A stretch of DNA of 64,000 nt, from positions 62,001-126,000 of the forward strand of contig LVLI01000204.1 in NCBI GenBank assembly GCA_001687465.1. The letters are read 5' to 3'. The DNA comes from Halocafeteria seosinensis (taxonomy: Eukaryota). How positions within the stretch are numbered: position 1 is the first letter of the stretch; every line of letters starts with the position of its first letter. Under the pieces are notes generated by a model that was given only the letters and a program-made list of their open reading frames with translations, did not search any database and had not been told where the DNA came from. Positions 48,884 to 59,443 of the stretch are shown in pieces. The position numbers and the translations under genes were made by a program.

Positions 48884-51800
48884 ATGAAGGCGGAAAAGGA
48901 AAAAAATGAAGGCGATCCCATGGACGCGCTCAACTGCATTGGGCGAATCCACATGAGGCTCAAGTACAAATTGCTACTTTCCACTGTAGGAACAATTGTG
49001 TTCGGAACGAGCATTGCAATTGCGTGCATTGCTGGACTGCTGCTGACGAGATTTCCCGAGTGGACCAAGAGCACTGAGAAACGAATGTTGAGTGCTGAGG
49101 AAGATAGCTTGGAACGACTAGCTCGTGAGAAGGCACAGTTCGCGGATCTCTTCTACAACCGGGTGGCCGGAGACCTCAATGGCATATGTACTTTCACACA
49201 AGATCTTTGGCGCGGTGCAGCGAAACGAGCTCCGGGCGAAACTATTGATTTGGCAAGTGCCGCAGCAATGAACAAAAGCGCCTTGAATGTTATCAAAGCC
49301 AAGGACGGATGGGACGACTCTGAGAATTGGAATCCCAATTTTTCAGGTTGGTACGGGTGTGAAAAGGATGAAGCGGGAGCTTCTCGGTGTTTTCCAGTAA
49401 GAAACTCCAGCTACTTGACAGAAAAGGATTTAGAGGTGCTTGAAAAAAGTGAACCCTTACGGCTTATTTACAAGGCAATTTGGCAGGCCGATTTTCCAGC
49501 TCATTCAGAAGGGTTTTACTCTGTGGCGTTTGATGATGCTTTTGCTGCAAAACATGTGGATGACAAATACAATATGTCAGCAGTTGTTGACGCGAATTTT
49601 GTTCACTGGTTTCCATATTTCGATGCTCTAAACTTTGAGAATACGAAGATCTCAGAATGCGAATTGATACCGGATATTGAGGATGTATTCGAGGGCTATA
49701 CGCCGTATTGCCGTAAATGGTATGCCAATGCCGTACAGGCTGCACAAGAGGGAGCCGATCAAAATGGGACGATAGAGTTTACTCCCCCATATATCTTCGC
49801 TGGTGCGAATGGTGGACTGGGAGTGACATCTTCTCGGCGCGTCAGGCACTATGTCAATAATGACAACAGTCCGGGCATACAGACACCGCCTAATGCTGAT
49901 TCCACTCCCCTGGGCGTATGCATGGCTGATTTTGACAACCAAGACGTTGATACAAGCATTACAGGTGAGTCCATTCTTAATGAAGGCTTTGGGTTCATGA
50001 TAACTGTCAATGCCGAGGCTACTGTCGCATTCAAGGGCATCAATTTTGGTAGTTCGCCGAAAAACCCTCCTCCCATTTGGGACCTTGTTTTTGGAGAGAA
50101 CGATGACTCTGAAGATAAGGATAATTTTAGAAGTTTGATCGAGAACACCGTGATAACGAGTCTCACCGCGGCTGACGTGAAACGCGCTCAATATCAACGT
50201 GGAGGAGACACATGGTTTATTGCATGGGAGTTTGTTCGGACGCCTCAGTATATCGTAGCGCTTACGGTGCCAGATAAAGACATCCGGGAACCCGTGGACG
50301 AAGCAAAAAGCAGTATTAATGAGGTGATCGGTACTCTGGTCGGGGTATCTGCAGCTGTTTTCGTAGTTCTCGGCGTCATTGTATTCTTCTTAACAAAGAG
50401 ATTTGCGGGAAGTATAGTCCGCCCTATTCATTTGCTCACACAGTTGGTCAGGAAGATCAATAAGAAGCGTTTTGACACTGGTAATCTGCAGTCGTTTATG
50501 GAGGTTACAGATCCGCGGTTTATTACGAAAGAATTAGCCTCTCTGGATTCCATTTTCCGGCAAATGTTCACGGTAAGTATCTGAACTGCAGCGTCCGTTG
50601 ATGAATGGTTCTGTTTTATTGTTGTACATTGTACGTTTATATCGCTCAGGCTGTTCAAGCGGGGGAAGGGAGTATTGTTAAAGGTGAACTAAAAGAAGCG
50701 GAAAGTGTATTTCTCGAGGCGTCAGAACTCTTCCGCCGTCTCGGACACACTCGAGGATTGGGGGTTTGTCAGACGAATTTGGGGGCTGTGTACTTGATGA
50801 ATGGGTTTTACGAGAAGGCTATTCGCTCCTTTCGTGATGCTGTACAAAACGCTAGCGATCTACTGAAATATACCCAAGGAGCAACTACGGAAGAAGTTGA
50901 CGAGGAAGAGGAAGAAAAGGAGACGACACATAAGACAAACCCAATTCATACCTCCGACACGAATAACTCATCTCCGAGGAACTCACGCCCAGGTATTGTT
51001 AGGCGTACGAAAAAATCTCACTTTGAGCGGATGAGGAGAGAAGCTCGCGAAACTATCCAGTTTCGGAAGATTAATCTGGCCAAAGCGCTGTTGGCAAAGG
51101 CAAAGGATACAATTCAACGACTATGCCCTGCTGAGTTTGATGCGACGTATTTTGAGCAGAGGCAAAGACTGGCGAACCAAAACTTCGATCGTGTCCTGAA
51201 AAGTTTAAAGCAAGAATCGGCCCCTGCAAGCGAGGCGACGAGTGAAGATTCTCAGGAGACTCTCGATAAAGTTCTCATAGATTTGAAAGAAGTAGCGCGC
51301 CTAGGAATTGACAGTTTGCACGAGTTAGCTGGTGCTAAAGTTAATCGAGTGAAAATTTTGGATGCCCGCGCGGACGTTCTGAGAGCATTGCTTGAAGCAA
51401 TGGAATACGAAGCTCTAATATCAGCCAAGGGAGGAGGGCATAAGGAGCTTGTAGTCGGTGGATACTATAAAGCACAAGCAGATGATGAGTTGGAGAAAAT
51501 GCTCCAAGATATTCAGCATGTTTGGCAAGAAGAAAACAACAAGAATAAGATGCTGTACACACGTGCGAAAGACAATGATGAAAGGAGAAAAGCATTACAG
51601 AACGCAAAGCATTTCGCCATGGCTGCTCATGCTCGCTTTCTGCTTGCTGAAAACCAACCGCATCACACTGTCAATATGCTTCATCATATTTTCACTACTA
51701 GTGAAACAATGGGTGGTGGTGTTCTTCGGCAATGCGCAGAAGACATGTGCTTGGCGTTATTCCGGATGGGCTATAAGGATCACGCCAAGCGTGTTGATGA

Positions 51801-52498
51801 GGAAGCATATGCGGGCCTTCAACCCTCCCGGAATTTCTGCTTCCTCCTGGATACCAGTGGTAGCATGACTCAGCTAATTAAGCATGCTGTTGAGAACCTT
51901 GCACGCCTATATGATAAGCATATTAAGCACCGCGATAGTCTAGCTGTGTTCACGTTTGACTCAGCAGCGAGGTTGCGCATTCCGAAACGCCCGAAAGGCA
52001 CCGGACGTGAGGTATGTAACTAGCAATTGATACTCTTATTTATCTGAATATCGAGTTTAGGTTTTGTTTCGCTCCATTTTGTTCCAGGCTCAAGCTCTTA
52101 GGCAGGACATTGTAGGTCTTACGAAAGTTGGAGGCCTTACTGCGTGCTATGATGCACTTTGGTTGGCGTTAGACGAATTAAGCGACGCGGGCACCGAGAC
52201 AGAAGACATTATCGTGTGTTTGACGGATGGAAGTGACAATCGAAGCCGGCATACACTAAGTGAACTGTGTGGACGCATCCGAGAGGACTACTACGATCGC
52301 GTAATGGTAATCGTGATCGCTCTGGGTCGCCTGCACAACCGGGAGGATCTCCGGGAGGTAACAAAGAGCTGCAAGCATGGAGCTTTCATTGAAGCAGCGG
52401 CCGATGTCGAGGATATGGGTAAGGCCTTTAAAGAAGTATCAAATACTATTTCCCGTGCAGGTACTTCTAACATCAGCGTTCGACTGGAGACTATGTAA
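48884..52498 (+). CDS. Putative membrane receptor TM-dCache-TM-HAMP-TPR-vWA, paralog 2 (exons 48884-50572, 50650-52011, 52088-52498; 1153 aa)
   Basis: Collinear with paralog 1, with identical intron positions; YTPYCRKWY motif and vWA LLDTSGSM / LTDGSDN. Confidence 0.8.
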
Positions 52499-52572
52499 TA
52501 TTCGGGGAAAACCTCCGACAATAGCACATCTTCCAAAATAAGTTGTCACTCTCTATACAAACAAACTAGTAT

Positions 52573-53177
52573 CTAACGCTGATTTTTTGCCACCTGTTCT
52601 ATCTGGCTTTTAATATTCGGTGCGATAGTTTCATCAAATTGCTTCAACTTATCCTCTAGGACGGGACCAACACACTTCTCGAAATCTCGCTGAGCCGCAT
52701 TTTGGTCGACGTTTCCTGAGCTCATTTGAGATTTGTACTGGTCTTGTATCTGGTCTTGGCATTCTTGCACCGACCTCTGCACTCTGTTTTGCCATCCTTG
52801 TAACTCGTTGCTGAGGATTTCCTGAGCCTGTTGAAGTGGCTGCTGACAATTTTTGACGCAGTTTTCCTTTTCGTCCATACTCGTGTTGGTGTTACTAGCA
52901 CAATTTATGCAGCAATTGTACATGGACACCTGCAGCATTGGTCACACACACACAAGGTGAATAAACACCACTGACACATAAACTTTCTTCCATATTTAGA
53001 AGACTCCATAACGAACAAGTGACCTCCTTCTCCTCCCCCTTTGGAACCGGCTACCTTATGGGCGGGAAACTGGGGCACGAGACGTACCTCCATGCGGCGT
53101 AAGACTTCTTTATCGAGCTTATCGACTGTCTGCTTGACAGCATTCTGCAGGCGATTTTGGAGATCTTCCGCGGACAT
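52573..53177 (-). CDS. FAM136A: FAM136A (DUF842) homolog; intron 53087-52930
   Basis: LDKEVLRRME|VSMYNCCINC...CVKNCQQPL..AQ..L.NEL..WQNRVQR...CQD twin CxxxC pattern. Confidence 0.8.
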
Positions 53178-53430
53178 TTTCTATCCCTCTAACACACTTT
53201 GACGGTCGCAACGATGATACACAATCAACCCTGTATGTCATGTCTCATACGATACTAAACGAATTCTTCCTCTATAAAGCCTGCTGTGTCCCATTATGGC
53301 ACCAAAAGTTCGGAACACCCCCAAAAGTATGCGAAAAGATTGTCGTCTCGGTATCGCGGTTCATCAAGCTGCCTCTTTGATGGCTTACAATCAAGTTTAG
53401 AGTACTGATGACAATCTCTTGTTTTGGGAG

Positions 53431-54186
53431 ATGAATCGTGGCAGCTATGGACGAGGCGTCCTATGGCGATTGGCCAGCAGCATGAGCCTGTGGTGGCGTA
53501 AGACTGGAGCCACGAGCCTCCGTGGAACTCCTGTATACAAGCGTCCATGGCTCCCCAGGCCATGTGCAGCATACCACGTCAGCACCACGACGTCAATCAT
53601 GCACAAACTCACGACAGCCAGAGATGACGACGACATGCGGTCTCGGGGAGTTCAGATTTTCCCAGACTTCATTACGCCAGCGGAGGAGACCACGTTGTAT
53701 GAATACTTCCACAAACAACTGCGCAAGCGCAAATACGAAAGAGATCACTGGGATGGCGTCATCGAAGCCTACCGTGAGCTTCAAAGAACTATTGCCGCGA
53801 TGCCGGAAGAAGCTCAACACATTGTGGAGAGATGCAGAGAGGCGGCGTTTCGACCGGGGGCCGTTGTGCAGCCACAAGTCCACATTCTGGACTTGGCTCC
53901 CGATGGCTACATTGATTTCCATGTAGACAGTGTCAAGTTTTCTGGTGATCACGTCGTCGGACTTTGCTTACTATCGGATGCCGTGATGCGACTGAGACAT
54001 GAGCAGACCTCGGAAACAGTGGATTTATTTCTTCCACGACGGTCACTCTACTGCTTAAGAGACGAAGCACGATACGAGTTCGCACATGCAATTCTCCGAA
54101 ACGAAGAAGCAACATTTGAAGATAAACCCATAGCGCGAGATCGCCGAATTACCATGATGTTACGGGATGAAGTTGTTACCCAATGA
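53431..54186 (+). CDS. ALKBH7: AlkB homolog 7 (2OG-Fe(II) dioxygenase), mitochondrial
   Basis: YERDHWDGVI..YRE, HILDL..DGYI..HVDSVKFSG..VVGLCLLS, RYEFAHAIL, RDRRIT. Presequence-like N-terminus. Confidence 0.9.
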   Translation: MNRGSYGRGVLWRLASSMSLWWRKTGATSLRGTPVYKRPWLPRPCAAYHVSTTTSIMHKLTTARDDDDMRSRGVQIFPDFITPAEETTLYEYFHKQLRKRKYERDHWDGVIEAYRELQRTIAAMPEEAQHIVERCREAAFRPGAVVQPQVHILDLAPDGYIDFHVDSVKFSGDHVVGLCLLSDAVMRLRHEQTSETVDLFLPRRSLYCLRDEARYEFAHAILRNEEATFEDKPIARDRRITMMLRDEVVTQ

Positions 54187-54209
54187 ATCTAGCATCGGCC
54201 GTCTTACTG

Positions 54210-57200
54210 TTACGCCGGTTTGAAGTTTCCGTCCTCCAGGGATATCTTTTCCTCTTGCACGAGTTTCATCAAGAATCTGTGGAGTTCCTCGGGATCTTTA
54301 TCGTCTGTAGGATTTGAAATGCAGTCTGAGAAGATTGGACACAGCAAGTGAAGAATGTAGAAACTTACAGGTTTGCGTGTCTCCGGCCATGAAAAATTTC
54401 AATTTTTGATGAATCTGTTCCAAAGACATGGACATGAAGGTCTTCAGCATTCCTAGTATGAAGTTTTCGCACATCCTCATTTGTTCGATATCTTCTTCAC
54501 TCTGGCCGGCAGTTTCTTCTTCAGCTTCTTCCAGAAAAGATCTATCCGCTGACTTAGTGGCTTCTTGGACAAGGAAATACGTTTCCGGTTCTGCTGCGGC
54601 ATCTCGCTCAATGATTCCATTTCTTGTCCAGAATGTCAACGCTTGGCGCGTCTCGTTGGAGGGCAACTCTATGCACTCGGCTAACTGTTCTAAAGTCCAT
54701 TTATGCTGCTCTTGGAAATGTAACATAATGGAGGCTTGCAGGAAAGACACTTGGGGTTCCCAGTCTTCCTCGCCCTCGCGCTCCACTCGCAAACGCACGT
54801 GGCCTGAACTCTTGAGCCATTTAACGTAGCGGGGATTTTTCGCTTTGGCGTACGCACTCGAATAGAGCTCCAGTCGGTCTTCTAGTGAGGGGTGGAGTTT
54901 AAAATCAGTCTGTTGCGTGAATGATGGCCAGTAGTAGTCGGAAACTACCTTTGCTTGAGGCAGCATGGAGAACTGGTCTTGCGTAATGTAATCGGACTTT
55001 ATGGTTTGCATCAGTCGCTTGCTGTCTGTCATATCTTTGATCATTACCTCACAACTGTGAAGCTTCGCCTCACCAAACAACATTTTGAGAAGCTCAAGTG
55101 TTTGGAGTTCTTCGTCCACATCGAAGCCCTCTTTGGATACTAATTTCTCCGAGAGCATCGAGCGATATGTTTTCACTAATATCTCTACGGAATCGAACAT
55201 GTTTAAAACAAGACTTAGACTGTCTTGGAATCGGAAATTGCTCGGGAGATTCGGGTCGGCTTCTACAGGCTCCGGGTTCCAGACTAGGTTGTGCGAACCA
55301 GCGGCAATCCATTCATCTTCACCTTGTTCCGAAGGCTGCCATACACCTGTTTGTTGTCTTGACAATAATGCTTGGTACAACTGCAGTGAACTACGACTTC
55401 TGACGCTTTCGTTTAGGCTTATGAGAAAGCATCAATTTACTTACCTCATGCTCACCCTCGGAATCTGTCAAAGCTTGAATCACACAGGATGCAGCGTCCT
55501 TTCTTTGGCACATAAAGTCCTTTACAGGTCCGAAGGTGCGCTGAAGGACTATGCCAGAGGGATCTAACACTCGGAGAGCCTGAATCCTCAAACAAAATTT
55601 GACTCGCAAACGTAGTATTGTAATCCTGGAAACGTGTCTGCTTACCTTAACCATAAGTAGTAAAGCAGTCAACACTTGGGAGGTGGCAGCTCCGGCGTGA
55701 AGAAGACGCTCCTCGAGGGCAGTCTTAATGGCCTCAATGATAGTCTCGTACATTCCAGTAAACTGTAGAAAGCAAAGGCTCATCAGAAAGTTCGGTAGAG
55801 CAGTCCCTTATTACCGCTACGTACTCGGAGAGCCCAGTGAAGTTCCACAAGTTGCGAAGTAGAAGATGGATAGGTCTTGATCAGTTCAAAGACCTGATCG
55901 CACCGCCTTGTAACAAATGAGGTCAGCAACGTCATCACAACTGCACATTGACGAAACACGAGCAACAAAGTGTTATCTCTTCAATTTTGTGCATCCGGTG
56001 AAGCGACTTACCCTTGGAGCACATGCGAGACATGTTATGTTCTGATGCCCATTCTGTTTGTGATATACCATGCTCTTGCTTCTCGACATGGGAAAGTTTT
56101 GACATGTATGACCAAATTTCCGACGAGCTGCCACTACAAAGCAGCAAGCGGTTCAGAGTCCACAAATTACTATTCTCGCTGCTGAGAGGCGTCGATGTGC
56201 CGCACTTGGGAGGTTCCCACGAGAACAATATATTGTAAAGTTTCATTTCGTGCTGTCCCAGTTCCTCAGAATGAACTGTTTCGGGTATGCCACACCAGTA
56301 GCCGGCTATGCTTGAACGGTGCTTCATTTCGCGAAAAATGGCATCGTAAGAGGATTGCACGCCGACGTTAAGACAATGGAACCAACTGAGAACAAATATA
56401 CGGAGATATTCCAACACAGTCTGTACCAGATTAGTATCTTCAAATATATCGTCTTCTCGGCACACTCGGTTTACAAGAGACTTTATATGCTCGTTGAGGA
56501 TATCAGAAATCATCACAGACCGGAGCTCATGTCCATCAATCTTCGCCAATGCGTTGTGGAAGCAAAGCACTGAGTACAAAAAGTGCGATTTTCCAGAGCT
56601 TTGATCCCCCGTCATATCTTGATCTTCATCTTCGTCCTCTTCACTTTCTTCACCATCATTCGGAAACAAAGACTTGATGATATCAGCCGCGGAGCTGCGT
56701 CGTTGTAATCTTTGGTCTGCAACCGCTGCCCCAAAATATAGTCCAAGTACCTTCAAAATACCCTGGTCATCTGGTACATCCGATTGCAATTTATTTTGGA
56801 TAGTATCCCCAGCAGTTTGGATATATTCGTTAAAGGATTGAGTATCATTTCCAGCAGTAGATTGCATAAAGTGGTCGTAAAGCATTCGCACCCATACTAA
56901 TAAGCTCTTCCGGTAAATTGCGCGTAGAATCGCTTCGACGTTCTGCGAGGTTCAGAATAAGAAGTAGAGTTCTTTTGTTGTACCCGATACTCTGAGTAGT
57001 TACCATACCTCAGGGAAGAGTTGATGATGTATGAGGTTCACTATGTCCATTTCGTACTGCTTTTCAGTCATGACATAGTACTCCATGTCATTGACTTTTT
57101 CTTGGTCGATACTAAATGAAGGAGATATCTTCCGATGCTTCAGTTCTCGATCATGTGAATCCATTTCAAAGAAGTGGGAAGAAAGGGTCCAGTATCCTTG

Positions 57201-57799
57201 GACGCATTTCGCCAACAACGTTCCGGCTGCCGACAAGGATTCGGTCCACGCCTGTAGTTGCCTTATCTGAGAAAGCAAGAAAAGAGGGAATCCAGTCCGA
57301 CCTTTGTACACAGCCAGAAAAGACACCATCGGACACCTACATGATGATCCTCTACGGGCTCCTCCAAACAAGGCTCATCTTCTTCATTCACTTCCGGATA
57401 CCAGGAAGCATGTATTTCAGTCTCCGACCATTGTCCAAACGCTTGCTCAAAGTAGCGTTCAGCAGCCGCAGCATGGAAGGTTCTCCTCCATAATTTACCC
57501 CACCATGGGACAAAAATTGCCTGGTATTTGAAAGATTCAGCTGCATAATGCTCCAATTCAAACAAATCTAACGCTGGAACCAGGTCACTTACAGGCGGTA
57601 TACAGTCATGTACAGACTGCAGGGCCTCCTGTGACGTTCGTTGGAGCTCCTGCATGAGTGCATCTTCGTCTTCATTGCGTTGGTTTTGGTAAAAAGCGTG
57701 GAAACGGGACCATAATTGATATAAACGCTTGGAATACTGCCCTATATGCTCCCGTATTTGGGACACAGAAAGGGATTGTTGCTTCTTATTATCGTCCAT
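54210..57799 (-). CDS. ANAPC2: Anaphase-promoting complex subunit 2 (cullin homology plus C-terminal winged helix); multi-exon
   Basis: RLLHAGAATSQVL, ALRVLDPSG, WNPEPVEADP, LELLKMLFGEAKLHSCEVMIKDMTDSKR, FILGML. The spliced last exon ends ...GNFKPA* at 54210. Confidence 0.9.
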
Positions 57800-57974
57800 A
57801 CTTCTCCTATTTTTAGCATATATAACATGCCATGTATATACTAGAATGATTCCGAGTGTCTTACAATCCTTATGGGGTGCGTATTATAGCCATAAAGCCG
57901 CCACAACGCTCTCTACGGCTGCCTTTTGTGGCGTCGATGCCATCTCCACAGTACGTATTATGCACTCACAAGCA

Positions 57975-59000
57975 ATGTATATGGCCATTATCCCTGATCC
58001 GTGTGTGCAGATTCCATTGAGCGAGACGCAAAAGGCAGTAGTAGCCCTGGGAACGCTCTTGGGACCTTTCTTTCAGGAGGGAGGAGGAGGGGAATCACCC
58101 CCTTCAGGGGGAGGGGGAAGTAAGCGCCTGCATGTGTCGTTGTTGATGCTCACGCGGACACGGGAAGCTGGGGTTCTCCTTCGAGATGCGTTTAGAGATG
58201 TACTGGCGCATACGGTCCAGCTCCTGGAAGAGCGAAGTGCTGGATTCTTGGGCGAAGCTGCAGCAGCCTCAGGTACGAACCTGGGAGAGCTTCACCGTGA
58301 AGCAAATGAAATGGAGCGTCTAGCGTCACTCGTCAGAAAATGGAGGTGTGATTGCTTTATTGGAGGAGTGCCCATAGAAAATGATCGACAGCGAATTGCG
58401 AGTGGAGGACACGATCCGGCCATGCAGCCTGCAGCAGGGGCATCGGACGGCAACAGTGGTGGAGGTAGCAAAATCGTGGTTGGAACGCCGGGTCGTATAT
58501 CTGACCTTGTATCTGAAGGAACACTGAATCTAAACTATGCTCGTTTGTTGGTTGTGGATGCGGCAGATGTGCTACTTAAGCCAGAGTTAGCGATGAAAGA
58601 GGTGCTCTATATAAAGGGTCAACTTCCTGTTCGGGGGCAAACACTCACATTCGCCACGGCGAACCGATGGAGATGGCCCAGATCAGCTATAGTGCCTACA
58701 GAAGGCTCTCAAGGAACTGCCGTGGGTGAGCCTGCCTTTCCAGCGTTTGGAGTATACGGAACGACGAACAAGCGTAGTACTATTCTAATCCCAGCGGATG
58801 CTCCGATCGCAAGAATCGCCCGCTTTCCCTCACTCTTTTACCAAGAACCCTCGTTTGTGACGCCTGTAGCAATCGACACATCCCTTGATTCATCAGAAGG
58901 AACACTACTACACGAAGAAGATGAAATGGTCACCCAAGAACATCCGCGGGCAGATAGAAAAGGAAATCGGTGGACATCAAGAAAGACTCCTCAACTTTGA
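57975..59000 (+). CDS. Degenerate DEAD-box-like protein (single RecA domain, probably inactive); start uncertain
   Basis: LMLTRTREA (motif Ia), CFIGG, IVVGTPGRISD, LVVDAAD (II), QTLTFATA (III). No GKT motif and no helicase C-terminal domain. Confidence 0.6.
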   Translation: MYMAIIPDPCVQIPLSETQKAVVALGTLLGPFFQEGGGGESPPSGGGGSKRLHVSLLMLTRTREAGVLLRDAFRDVLAHTVQLLEERSAGFLGEAAAASGTNLGELHREANEMERLASLVRKWRCDCFIGGVPIENDRQRIASGGHDPAMQPAAGASDGNSGGGSKIVVGTPGRISDLVSEGTLNLNYARLLVVDAADVLLKPELAMKEVLYIKGQLPVRGQTLTFATANRWRWPRSAIVPTEGSQGTAVGEPAFPAFGVYGTTNKRSTILIPADAPIARIARFPSLFYQEPSFVTPVAIDTSLDSSEGTLLHEEDEMVTQEHPRADRKGNRWTSRKTPQL

Positions 59001-59443
59001 GGTTTTATCGAAATGGACCTATGTCACATGACGCAACAGTATCAGCACTAGACGTGAATTATTGACATGTAGGTTGCTGGAGCTCGTGATCCAGAGGCTT
59101 ATCTTGGGCACCGGTGGTCCGTAAGGATGATGCAACGAGAGAGATACGGAGAGTCAAACAAAGAAGAGCCGTTTTAGCTCTAAGGAAAGCTGCTACCAGA
59201 ACACTCGCATAAACCTGTCGCGCAAGTTCTTCCCGACGAAAAGGTCGCTGAGTGCGATCAATCTACACACAGCGGAAGTGACTATGATTAATGCCTTGCT
59301 GAGTGTCGTTATTTTGAAGCATGTGGTTGGATAAGCAAGCAATAAAGGCTTATACGGTTGGTAGTCATCACCTCTGTCAGCACATGTACGATGACTCGAA
59401 CCACTGGAAGTATCACACTTCCAGCCCGAGGAGGTGTGTATTT

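Noticed and set aside
44536..52498. Calling the tandem genes calcium-channel alpha2-delta subunits
   Set aside because: They share Cache and vWA domains, but the order and topology differ: here the vWA is C-terminal, after TM2, HAMP and TPR.
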